Source: Nageia nagi (Eukaryota > Plantae > Pinophyta). From it: a DNA stretch of 64,000 bases. The notes beneath the pieces are model-generated. The model saw nothing but the letters and a program-made list of their open reading frames with translations, was not told the origin of the DNA and did not search any database. Shown piece by piece: positions 51,608 through 64,000 of the stretch. Numbering within the stretch: the first letter of the stretch is position 1; each line of letters starts with the position of its first letter. A program made the position numbers and the translations under genes. The stretch covers positions 9,548,001-9,612,000 of the forward strand of contig JBITNC010000001.1 in NCBI GenBank assembly GCA_050084985.1, written 5' to 3'.

Positions 51608-54600
51608 TGTTAACACCTAAAATGGAATTTTTATTTAATTAAAATCTCATTTTTAATTAATTTATTAAATTAATTTATTACTCTTATCATTATGCACAAT
51701 TATCTATCTATATGTTTTATGATAATAGGTTAGCATAGATATAAGCCCAAGGAGTCTTGGTCCACATGCACCATAAGCCTAAGGAGGAGCCTTAGCACTA
51801 GACTTGCTATACTTGATAGTTGGTAATATACTTTTTCATTCTTGATTAATGTTTCTCAACATCGCCTATCATATCTAAATTTTATTATATAATGAGCTAA
51901 GCATTCTTACAATATTTCTATGTTATCCATGCATGGTATTCTAAGAATCAAAGGTATCAAAACAACATCAATCAAAAGGGAAAGGTGAACTAAAAAGGTA
52001 ATTAGAAAATGTCACTATGATCCTAGCCTCACATTAGGTTGAGGTCGGATTAGTGGCTCCATATTTCAAAGAAGCCCATTGTTCTTTCCCTCTTGGTTGA
52101 ATATCTCCTTCATTCATTATGATAGGTAAAGTACATATTTATATCTTTTGTTAATCTAAATTGATAGTTTAAGATCAATTAGGATCATTATCATCTTTTA
52201 TGTCATTATTATTTACTATTATTTCATTATCATTTACATAAATTACATATATTAAATAACCCTAATAAATTATTAGTTTAGTTATAACAATTGGTGAACC
52301 TAAATTTTATTTGATACATTTCTTTGTTCTTCACTACTTGTGCCAAAAACCCTAGGGTTTTTGGATAGGACTGATATTGTATTTTCAAGTATTTCAAAAA
52401 TGGAACCTATTGAATTTCTTTCCATGGTCAATAGCTTTTATGATGCAACCAAAGCTAATCTAAAGAATATGTTGTATGGAAATGATTATATATGTTAAGT
52501 CTCTAATATTAGTGGTAATAATAGATCAATTAGATTGTGCCCTACTAGATCTAGGGAATTAATTCCACAATATGATGAAATTTGTAATGCTAGGGCACTA
52601 AATCTCCAAGTAGAACCTATTTTCAATTCATATCAAGGTGAAGGAGATCCTATGGCTCACATCAAGGATTTCAAGATGAAATTTGAGTTAAAGTTTGGAG
52701 AGAATGATAATTTTATGGCAAAATATTTCCCAATTACATGTAGGGGTGATTCCCTAACTTACTTTTCTTTTCTTTCTAAATCTATCAATTGTTATGCATA
52801 ATTCATTTCAAAACTTTACATGCATTTCAAGTATCATGATCCTAGATAAGTCACAATTTCATATTTGGTTAGTGCTATACAATGTACAAATGAAATGTTT
52901 GATAAGTTTTCATAAATATTTTAAAATACATGGAGTGTGATGCAAGATCGATTGTCACATGTATGTTTGTTCATAACATCCATCTTGAGTCAAAATTCAT
53001 ATATTTTGGATTATATAATACTTTCATTTACTGATATTGTATATAAGGTAACACATAAGGAAAAATATTTGGTTGATATGGGCAAATTAAAGTATGGCGA
53101 TGCTTCTAAAGAGAAAAAAGAGAGGGATATTAGAAAAAGAGGATAAATATGTTCATGCTATTGAGGAGTCTCAAACTTAAGAACAAAAAAGAGTCAAGCC
53201 AAATAGAATTATAAGAAAAATACAAGGTTACCCTATTTGTTACAGTTATGTTTTGAGATTGCTTGCAAAAGCAATTGATAGAACATGATCCAAAATAAGA
53301 ACTAGGTCCCAATAATGATAAACCTAGTTGGTACAATAAAAATGAATTTTGTGAATATCATAATGTCAAAGGTCATTGAAAAAATTCTTGCATGATCTTA
53401 AGGAAGAAATTACAAAAATTGCTTGATTATGGAAAGATAACATATGAAGTGCATCCAATTGAGTTTGAAGGTGTCAAACCACTTGTAGTGAACCTTATTT
53501 TCAATGAGTAATGATGCACCACCACTAGGAGAGGGAGGCCTAGAGGGAGTGTTCACCTAACAATAACAAAGAGGATGGAGGTTCCACATAATTCAAGTGC
53601 ACAACAACTCCTAGAACATTCAAAGGTAAAACATGAAAAGATAAGTATTTTTGATCTTTTACAATTATTCGTAGATTATAGAAATATTTTATTTGATGCA
53701 TTAAAAAAATATTGAAGTAGACCCAAATAGTTCTATTTCAAAATTTACTCAATTAATTGCTAATATTGATACAAATTTAACTTACAATATGCTTTGATTT
53801 CAAGATAGAGAATTTTCTAGTGAAGACATTATTGAAAAGAATCTATGACTATATATCCATTTAAATGTTGATGGTGTTCATGTTAAAAAACATTGGTTGA
53901 TATTGGTTCTAATGTAAATGTTTGTTCAATTCATTTGTTGCAAAAGTATTTCCCTTCCATCTATGCAAGTATGAAAATAACTACCATTATCATAAAAGGA
54001 TTTGATAATATTTAAAAGGAATGCATTGGTTATATTACTATGCCTATTGAAGTACAAGGAAAATTTATTCCTCAAAAAGTTTATGTTTTTCAAGCAAAAT
54101 TATCATATAATTTGTTGCTTGGTATACCTTGTATTCATATACTTAGAGTTTATAACTTCTACCCTATATTAGTCAAGTAAATTTATGTACAAAGGTAAGA
54201 TAATTAAATCCATGCATAATAAAATGCAATAAACTTATGTCAAAAAGCTTAGTGATTTTGGATCCCTTATGATCTACTTGATGATGATGAAGGGATATAA
54301 AAACCCACCATAGAGGTCATTTTGTAAGAATTTGGCATGGGCACATATCAAATCCCTCATGTTGATATATGAAAAATATTAAAGGAATGGGAAAACCCCT
54401 ATTAGTACCTAAATCTCAACAATGTTTCTCATATGAGGATAATTCTAAGCATTGTCACTCTTTTCCTTAGGAGTGAGATGATCTAGTTTCAAATGTTAGC
54501 ATTTTATATCATGAATGGGAAGGAAAAAGTCTATCAAATCATGAATATGATGCTTCTATTCCCACAACTTCATCAAGATAAGTAAGCATATATTTTAATA

Positions 54601-57600
54601 GTATTAATACTTCTTTACTAATAAATATATGCAAAAATATCAGTATGGTCGTAAAGGGTTGGGTAAGGATGAGTAAGGCATTGTAGAGCCCATCCCAAAT
54701 GATTTAAAGCCTCAACCTCTAAAAAATTAACTCCAATTATAATTATTTATCATGTTGATAACAATGACTAGGGAAGTGATCATGACATCTTTTATGAGTG
54801 AATGCATTAGACCATGATGAATGGACATTATAAGGAATTATAGGATTATTATGCGGGATCCTTTATTTCTACCAAGTGCTCCTATTGTAATGGATGTATT
54901 TTAGAATGATGATGCTATTCTTGAGATGTTAGGGGCAAGAACTGAGCTTCCCAAATTCAATAAAAAGAGGTTTGTTGCATAGTTCTCGCTACATCAGGCC
55001 TATTTCAAAGAAAAGGTTTGTAAGGATGATGTATACATTGCAAGTTAGTTTCTTATTATTTTAACCTTTCTTTGTCATTTTTTGTAACATTATACATAAG
55101 GGTAATATTTAATTTTTAAATTACCAATCTTATCCATCCTTATTAGGGCAACACCACTTGGGTACAGGCATCATTGCTCAATTTTTTTAGTCTTTTAGAG
55201 TTGAGTTTAGATACAATACAAGGGGCATCACCTATGCCTCCCCAACTCAGTGACAAATATCATGTCTTAGTGAGAAAATAATGGAAGTTAACATATGTAC
55301 TAAATAGGTTCTAAAGTTGATCAAATAGGAGCTTGGTTAACCTTGGAAGAAAGGAAAAGATATCACCTACTATTAGTAGACTTCTTTGATATGTTTTCTT
55401 GGTCTAACTTTGATATGCTTGGTATTGATCTTGATTTTATAACTCATAGCCTAGTTATAAATAATTATGTTAAACCACTCCAACAAAAACCTAAGAAAAT
55501 GCATCCTAAAATAACACTAATAATTAAAAAGGAAATAAAAATAACCTTGCTACTAGTTTTATTATTCCTATTGATTATTCTTCATAGATTTCTAACATAG
55601 TTCCTATAGCTAATCATAATGGTGAGGTGAGATGTTGTATATATTTCATATATATAGCTAAAGCATGCCCAAAACATATCTTTCCTCTACCAAACATTGA
55701 TATGATTATATATTATATAGTAGGCCATGAGATTTTATCTTTCATAGATTATTTTTTAGGATACAATCACTGCTACCAAAAGATTGATTTGCATCCTTTT
55801 TATGTATTTAAACATGAAAAATGAAAACTAATGTTAATTTGTATCCTCCTACATTGACATGCATCATTTTATTTTTTTCATTTTTCACTTTTTTCAATGC
55901 AAATTTTGCATCACATTACACTGATAAAAATATAAAACACATTTTATCTATTCATCAATCAAACAATTAATGGTTCACATTCATTTCATCATCCATCCAT
56001 ACCAAAAGCGATCACCCAATAACCAAATACCTTCTCCTATGTATATAGATCAACAAACCTTCCCTATAATCCTTACATTTCATACACTTTAGCTAATTTG
56101 TTTCTTCCTTAGTTTTTAGATTTTGATCATAGCTATGGTGCCCAAGGTAGACAAAAAGCCCATAGATAATAAGCCCATAAAGAAAACTCCTTCGAATTCC
56201 AACAAAGAAGCAAGTATTAAAAACCTTACTATATTATTTAGGAACATAATATATAATAAATTTAAATTTTTAAAACCTAAACCTATAACCCCATTCCTAA
56301 ACTGGTTTAATGGACCTATGTCATTGCCCCAAAGACCTAATAAAAATGATGTAACTTATAGAGGCCATAACTTTTGATCTGGAAATCGTTTTGAGCCCAT
56401 TTTTTTAAAATCGCACAGAATTAAAAGATCTATGATTATATGATTTTTTTTTAACCCCAATATAAAAACTAATGCAAATTATAAAAATTTGATGCAAATA
56501 ATGAAAAATTTGATGCAAAAAATAACACAAATTTTGAAAAACAATGCAAAAAGTGGTTTTAAGGATGTAAAAAATGATACAAAAATGGCATTAAGGATGC
56601 AAAAATAACATGCAACAAGTGACTAAAAAATGATGCAAATTTTGACTTACTGTTTACGTCATTTTTTGCATTGGAAAAATTAGAAAAGTACAAAAAATTA
56701 ACAAAGAGTTTGGATGCAAAAAGGATACAAATCCCTTTTTTAGTATTAGTGAATCAAATAAGGATCAACATAAGATAATTTTTGTTACTCCTTGGGGACA
56801 TTTTTTGGGTATTCATTCCTTTTGGATTGAAAAATATGGGGGCTACTTATTAAAGAGCTATAGTATATATGTTCCATGATTTGATTTATGATTCAGTATA
56901 AGTTTATGTTGATGATATTATTGCCAAATCTAAGAGAAAACATTATCATATTTTATATTTAAGAAACAAATTCTAATGGATGAGAGAATTTAAGTTGAAA
57001 TTGAAACCTCAAAAGTGTGCATTTAGAGTTTCTTTGGGTAAGTTGTTTGGTTTTATTATTTCAAGAAGAGGAATTGAGGTACATCCAAAGAAAGTTTCAT
57101 CCATTGATGATATTCCTCTACCTCAAATTTTGAAATATTTGATAATTTTTAAGGTAAAGTTCAAGCTATGAGAAAATTTATTGCTCAACTAGTAGCCCCA
57201 TTTTCTCATGTATTGAAGAAAGGTGAAAAGTTTATTTAGAATGAAAAGTGTCAAAAATATTTGAACATAAAAAGGTACCTTACTAATTCTCATGTTTTAT
57301 CCCCTTATGATTTTGAAAGAAATTTATTGCTTTATGTTTCTGCAACACTAAGTGCTTGGGGGCAATGTTAGCTCAAAAGATTATGAAGGCAAAGAGAGTA
57401 ATTTATTACATTAGCAAAACTTTGATTGATTATGAGACAAGGTATACACCTACAGAGAAAATGTATTTTGCTATTGTATTTTCAATGAAAAAATTAAGAC
57501 ATTACATGATTGAAAATACAACATATATTAGAGATCAGGTTGATCCTTTGAGGTACTTAATGTCAAAATCTTATTTATCCAATAGAACTACAAAATGGAT

Positions 57601-60215
57601 AATATTAATTTAGGAATTTGACTTCGTATTCATAACTTAGAAATCCATTAAGTTATAGGATATTACATATTTATCACAAATCATCTAAGAAATTAAAATG
57701 ATGTGGTTCAAGAAGAATTCTTTGATGAGATAGCAACCACAAGTACTCATAATCCCAACGATGGCACTCAATCTAAGTAGTGCTAATCATTCGTGAACCT
57801 GAGTACCCTAACATTTTCATAGGCTTTTAAAAAAAGATGAATGGAATATATTTTTGATAGCTTTAAGTGTATTCATGGAATTGGGGCATGAATTATATTG
57901 ATTAATCTACATAGTGATATTTTTTCCTATGTCTTATCAATTAAGTTTTGATTATACTAACAACATGGTTGATTATGAAGCTATGATTTTAGGTCTCAAG
58001 GTATCTATACCTACGAAAGTGCATCAAATCAAGATATTTGGGATTCAAAACTAGTGGTAAAATAAGCTAGTGACATCTACAACATTAAAAATGAAAAGTT
58101 GTAATTAGACAAGGAAATGATAGCAAATCTTCTCATGTATTTTGATGAGTATGGGATAGAAATTATTCTAAGAGATAACAATAGGTATGTTGATGTTATG
58201 GCTAGTGTTACTTCCCTTGCTCTTATTAATATTGAAGATGAAGAAACAATCCTTATAATTAAAAATTGAAGTATACCTTCTAATGCTTATATTGTTATTG
58301 ATTTCATTGAAGATCATTGGTTTTTTTCTACTTATCTTGATGCATGTGAATGATAGAGATTTCTTTGCATATTTAAAGGGTGGGGTAGTACTATTGATTT
58401 TTATCATAATGCAAGGATAAGACTTAAAAATTTACTTACCAAGTATGTCATAATTGGTGATTTTCTATATATAAGGTTTTTTATCATGCTTTTCTTAGAT
58501 GTTTAATGAGACATGAAGTATAAACATTTTAATGCTAAATTGGTTTATCAAAGATTGCTTAGATTAGGTTACTATTGACCTACTATTCTTGAATGATCTT
58601 GAATTGCATATAAAATAAATGTGAACAATATCAAAATAATGCTAAACTTCAACCTTCACCATCACATGGATTACACTCTATTGTTTCTCCTTGACCTTTT
58701 TTCTATTTGGGATACTTGATTTTATGGGAAATATTCAACCTTGTTTCTAGAGATGGCCATAAATTTATCATTACAACCAGAAGTATTTTACAAATTGGGT
58801 GGAGGCTATTTCTACGAAGTCAGCTAAAGGAGGTAATATTGTTGAATTTCTAATTGAATATATCATTTCTATATATGGAGTGCCTACAAATTATTTATGT
58901 ATAATTGTACAAGCTTTAAAGGTAATGAAGTTAAAGAGTTTTGTAACAAATATCATATTGAAATAAAGTTTTCTACCCCCTATTATCCTCACGGTAATGG
59001 TCAAATGGAAGCCTCTCATAAGGTCATAAAAAGTATCTTGTCTAAAATTGTTTAAAAACTTGGTAAAGATTGGTATGAACAATTACCTTATGCTTTGTGG
59101 GCTTATATAACAATTATAAGGACTATTGTTATTGCAACCCTCTTTAATGTATAGTAATGAAGTTGTTGTTCCCTTAGAGCTAGAAATCCCATCATTACAT
59201 GTGTCTTTAGATGGCTTTATTTTTTAACATGTCATAACCAAGCTAAAGAGCATAAAATGTTTCTTATTTAAGTATAGGTTCTTTATCTTTACCTCAACGA
59301 AGCTAAAGAGGGGGCATAACATTGGTAAAAATTAGGGTATCCAAAGATACCGCCATGAAGAAATTTTTTAGGGATTATTTTCTTGCTTATCTTGTTATAC
59401 TTTGAATTTATGCTTTGATTATATTTTTGTACCAAAAGTATCAAATTATATTCAAAGTGGGGCATCTATTAACACCTAAAAAGGAATTTTAATTTAATTA
59501 AAATCCATGTTTAAGTATCTGTAATAATTCATTTATTTAATCAATTTATTACTCTTATCATTGTGTACACTTATATACCTTTATGTTTTATGATAACAGG
59601 TTGGTATAGAGATAAGATCAAGAAGGATTCTTGATCCACGTGAATCATAAGCCTAAGGAGGAGCCTTGGCACTAGACTTGTTATCTATAAAGGTGGAAGG
59701 GTTGTGCATGAGCAATCATGACATGATATGGAATCCTTGATAGGTGGTAATATACTTGTATCATTATTGATCGATGTTTCTCAATGCCACCTATCATATT
59801 TGGATTTTCTTATACACTAAACTTTGCATTCCTATGATCTTCCTAAGCTATATGTGTATGATATTCTAAGCATCAAAGGTATGATGATGACATCGAATGA
59901 AAGGGCAAGGTGAACTAAAAAGGTAACTAGGAAACATTGTTGGGATCCTAACAACATCACTAGGTTGAGGTCTGAATGGTGGCTCTATGTTTCAAAGAAT
60001 CTCATCATTTTTCCCCTCTCAATCGAATATCTCCTTCATTAATTGTAATAGGTAAAGTACATGTTTGTATCTCTCATTAATCCAGGTTGATAGGTTAATG
60101 TCAATTAGGATCATTATCATCTTTCATATCATTTCTATTTACTACTATTTCATTATCATTTGGATAAGTTTTGTAAATTAAATAACCCTAATAAATTATT
60201 ATTTCAATTATAACA
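51608..60215 (+). mobile_element. Degenerate Ty3/gypsy Tat-lineage element with both LTRs, ~8.6 kb including a CACTA insertion
   Basis: LTRs 51608-52289 and 59467-60215; perfect TSD GTATA; PBS tggtgaacc 52292-52300; PPT aaagtggggca ~59454-59464; gag 52535-52801; G-patch GRKGLGKDE*GI (~54650); RT 55343-57171; RH 57356-57613; aRH ~57850-58200; INT to ~59210. Confidence 0.92.
55768..56751. mobile_element. Non-autonomous CACTA (En/Spm-type) DNA transposon inserted in RT
   Basis: Termini CACTGCTACCAAAA and TTTTAGTATTAGTG; 3-bp TSD AAT; subterminal repeats tttgcatc (left) and gatgcaaa (right, many); removal restores RT motif GYNQIRI. Confidence 0.88.
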
Positions 60216-61191
60216 GTATATTAAACTTAATTTTTTTTCATTCTTTTCTTATGGATTTTATGTTTTTGGGTCATATTGTTATGTGTCTTCATGATATGAT
60301 TCTTTAAGGATATTTACATCAGATTTATAAATATCCTCATATGTATGGATAATAGCACCATCATAGTCATAATCATCATCATTTTTGTAAATTACTTGGG
60401 AAGGATTTATAGTTGCATTATTGGGCTCTTGGTTAGTTGTCTTTTTAGCTAAACTTTTGCTCCTCAATTTTAGTATTTTTGTAATAATAATTTTATTTAT
60501 TTTCATTGATCTCATATTAGGTTGTTCCTAAATGATAAGTTCAATTTAAGGGTTATAGGTTGTACACACTATGTTTCGAAGTCCATAAAAAAGTCTATAC
60601 TAGTGATTATGACCTTATGGTTTGAAAAAATCATGCAAGAAAAGAAGACCCAATTTTTGAATTTGTTTTTGGAAAGGAAATTGGTTCACCAAAAACATAG
60701 ACAATATAGAATTAATTTGCAATATTATAATTTTAAAAATATATTTTCCCTATTAATGATAAATAGATATAATAATATAGAAAGATATGATACTAGGATA
60801 TGGTTTTGAAACTAGGGAATACAAGAGATCTATGATAAATTGAACCAAAGAAGTATAACAATCTTAGATATAGCATACATCAACATGAAACATGGAAAAT
60901 AATACGTATGAACATAATTTAGAAGTATCTAATCCCTTACTGAAGCTTCCAAAATCTCTCAAATAATCCCTCAAAATTCAACGTTTTGAGGAGCTTTTAT
61001 ACTTATATTGAATTTGCAAGGGGTTAAAACCAATCTCAATGATGATCAAGCTCCTCTCCATAGGTTATTAATTGAAAATTATAAATACTTAAAATCTACA
61101 TGTTTCCCTAACTTGCAACTTTTATCATTAACAAAAAAATGATGATTAAACATTCACTTTCTAAAGTTTCTCGTATACTCTTATTAATATT

Positions 61192-64000
61192 TGTATAGTG
61201 AGAGAATTAGCACTACTCTAATTCCCAAGGTCCAAGACTATAGAAAGCTCAATCACATTCAACATGCAACATCTACAAGCTACTAACACATTCACACAAT
61301 ATGACACCAATATAATGTGGTTCCTCCCTCCTTGGGAGTACATCCACAACTAGTTCTCTATTCTCAATCTATGTACTTCTTACTACAATTCTCTTCCTCT
61401 CTCCTACACAAACTAGTAGAGTATTCTTACTCCAAAACTTAGATGTATTTACAAGAGGAGAGGCCCTCTATTTATAGCTTGAGAGCACCTTCCTAACCTC
61501 CCTTTAACCCAAGGGTAAGGTTAGGGTTACAATAAATGTGTGACCTAACTTTAACCTACCAACTAACCCCATGGTTAGGTCAAAGTCCACACATAATAAA
61601 GAATTCAATTAATCCCTTAAGGTATCTACATATCCTTTAAGTGATTAATTGAACTTACAAGGAGTTTAGATATTCACAATATTTCATTACAAATTCTAAC
61701 ACTCCCCCTTAATGCAATATTGGGATAGAGCATAGAAGAAAGAACAGAGAGAGTAAGAGAGAGTTCTCCTCCATAGAGATACAAGTGGAGATGAGAACAT
61801 TTACATATTTGAGAATCTTTTTGAGAACTAGTATGAGACTCACTACATTACCATTTGACAAAATGGTTTACAATACAATCATTAACGACAACTGGTTTCA
61901 CTGTACATAGTAGTCGATCAAATTTAAGCTGACATGTGAGTCTCCATGAGCTTGCTTTCACAAGGTGAGTAACCTGCATTTCTGAAGAAGATCCTGCATC
62001 CTACAAGCAACTCATGAACAAAATCATTTAGATGCATCATATATTCAAATAAAAGAATCAAATAATTCCATTTTATAAATAACTGATAAATGGTGCACTA
62101 TAAGTCATCACGGAGATGCCAAGCCATCACTCATAGTCACCTGTTGTATATAGACATGTGTTGATTATTAATAGAGCATAAAAGTTGTACAATGAGTTTC
62201 TCACGTAAAGCAAACTCACCACGGAGGTATAGAATGTACAGCAAGTTCATCACATAGAGTGAACTTACCACAGAGGTATATTAATTATATGCTCAAAAAA
62301 TTGTACAACGAGTTTCTCACGCAGAGCAAACTCACCATGGAGGTATAGAGCATAAAAATTGTACAAGTTTCTCATGCAGAGCAAACTCACCACGGAGGTA
62401 TAGAATGTATAACAAGTTCATCATGCAGAGCGAACTTACCATGGAGGTATATTAATTATATGCTCAAAAATTGTACAACAAGTTTCTCATGTAGAGAAAA
62501 CTCACCACGGAGGTATAAAATGTACAACAAGTTTGTCACGTAGAGAAAACTTACCACGGAGGTATAAAATAATCAACACTCTATAACAATAATTGTACAA
62601 CAAGTTTGTCATGCAGAGAAAACTTACCACGGAGGTCTAGAATGTACAATCAAAAAAGGCCTCTTAGAGGTGAAGTTGTCATCACTAACAAAAGTTCAAA
62701 CTTCACTCCCCCTTGAGGGCAACTTCACCAACCCAAGAGAATCCCTAAGCTTGCTGAACTGAGCTTCAGGAAGGGGCTTGGTGAATAGATCAGCAGAGTT
62801 TTTAGTAGATGGACAATACTCCAAGTGTATGATGTCATTAGAACCTTCTCCCTGATAAAATGGGCTTGGATTTCCACATGTTTAGTTCTTTGATGGAACA
62901 CAGGATTCTTAGCCAAAGAGATAACTGATTGATTGTCTGAAGAAATAAGAGATGGGCCATGTTGCTTATACCCAATTTCATTCAGAAGATGCCTCAACCA
63001 AATAGCTTCTTGGGTGGCAACAGACATGGCTTGATATTCAGCTTCGGTGGTAGAAAGAGTCATAGTAGGTTGCTTCTTGGAAGCCCAAGAGATAGTACCT
63101 GAACCAATGCCAAACACATATGCAAAGGTTGATTTTCTGTCATCTCTATCTCCCCCATAATCAAAATCTGAGAACCCTGAGAGAATAATTGAGGGCACTT
63201 TGGAATACTTAAGAGTAAGATCCTTTGTCCCTGCCACATACCTCAAGATTTGTTTAACAGCATTGAGGTGTTCAACATATGGTTTTTGCATGAATCGTGC
63301 CATCAGATTCACTGCAAAGGCAATATCAGGATGAGAGATAGTTAGATACAAAAGACTATCGATCAATTACCTATAAGCTATAGCATCAGCCAACTGAGAA
63401 TTTGAGCTCAATGATACAACGATTCCAGAAGAAACAGGTATTGCAGCATGTCTACACTTCTCCATTCCAAACTTTTGCAAGATGTCTGATATATACTTAG
63501 ATTGACTAAGATAAGTACAATCTTTATGTTGGTATACTTGCATTCCAAGATAGTAATGCAATAGACCTAGATCAATCATTTCAAATGTTGCCTTTAGTTT
63601 GGATATGCACTCTTGGATGATGTCAATATTGTTGCCTGTTATGAGAAGATCATCCACATAAAGGAGAATTAAGACCATGTCTTTTCCTTGATTGAGTACA
63701 TAGATATCTGAGTCAGAGAAGCACTTAGAAAAACCAATATCTATAAAGAATCCTAAAATTTTCTTGTACCATGTTGTAGGTGCTTGTTTAAGTCCATACA
63801 AAGACTTCTTTAGCTTGCACACAAGAGACTCTTTTCCTTCTGGAATAAATCCTTCTGGTTGATTCATGTAGATTTCTACATCTAAGTCACCATTGAGAAA
63901 TGCACACTTGACATTAAGTTGGAAAACTTTCCAACCTTGAGCTGCAGAAAGAGCAAGAATTATCCTGACAGTAGGCATCTTGGCCACAGGAGCAAAGGTT
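61192..64000 (-). mobile_element. Relatively young Ty1/copia: RT-RNaseH, ~1 kb 3' UTR, PPT and 3' LTR (~61192-61701); continues past the window edge
   Basis: ORFs 63367-63987 (LYVDDLL) and 62725-63366 (DNQSVISLAKNPVFHQRTKH) are in one frame split by a single stop; PPT ttaagggggag 61702-61712 abuts TGTTAG; left LTR end less certain. Confidence 0.9.
62186..62650 (-). repeat. Array of eight ~46-bp hairpin repeats plus a partial ninth in the copia 3' UTR
   Basis: Plus-strand consensus TGTACAACRAGTTTCTCACGCAGAGCAAACTYACCACGGAGGTATA at 62186, 62235, 62302, 62360, 62406, 62472, 62521, 62594. Confidence 0.93.

Noticed and set aside
60279-60809. Two ORFs as host genes
   Set aside because: No recognisable motifs in low-complexity AT-rich sequence; left unassigned.
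62186-62650. CRISPR array
   Set aside because: Linkers are short, uneven and repeated; no cas genes; the array lies inside a plant retrotransposon.
63364-63369. Programmed stop read-through between RT and RNaseH ORFs
   Set aside because: The TAA falls at a normally coding position and is most simply a C-to-T nonsense mutation; a frameshift also occurs near 62840.

Overview
AT-rich, strongly CG/CHG-depleted plant heterochromatin, most likely a conifer/gymnosperm judging from the PPR-DYW wording and gag motifs (inference). No intact host gene is present. The window is a stack of nested, mostly decayed transposons that can be largely reconstructed. (1) An old minus-strand Ogre/Tat-type Ty3/gypsy element (pol ~40.0-45.0 kb) appears to own an antisense plant-mobile-domain (PMD) ORF, now in pieces between 16.3 and 28.8 kb. 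(2) Insertions into it: a short-LTR chromovirus-like gypsy that is itself interrupted by a Sirevirus-like Ty1/copia (three partial/complete copies, one shared LTR, one ~4.7 kb segmental duplication); a gag+protease-only non-autonomous LTR element (TSD AAATA); a 3'-truncated copia with a CpG-retaining 5' leader; and a full-length Tat element with a tRNA-Trp PBS. (3) A PPR-E-DYW pseudogene at 46.7-48.1 kb. (4) A second tRNA-Trp-primed Tat element (TSD GTATA) with a non-autonomous CACTA insertion in RT. (5) The youngest element, a copia at the right edge, whose 3' UTR carries eight hairpin repeats with compensatory stem changes. The most interesting signals are the structured repeat arrays in retroelement 3' UTRs, the CpG-retaining leader, and loss of the TATA-like segment from the 5' LTR of two unrelated elements. 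All alignments and translations outside the ORF track were done by eye.
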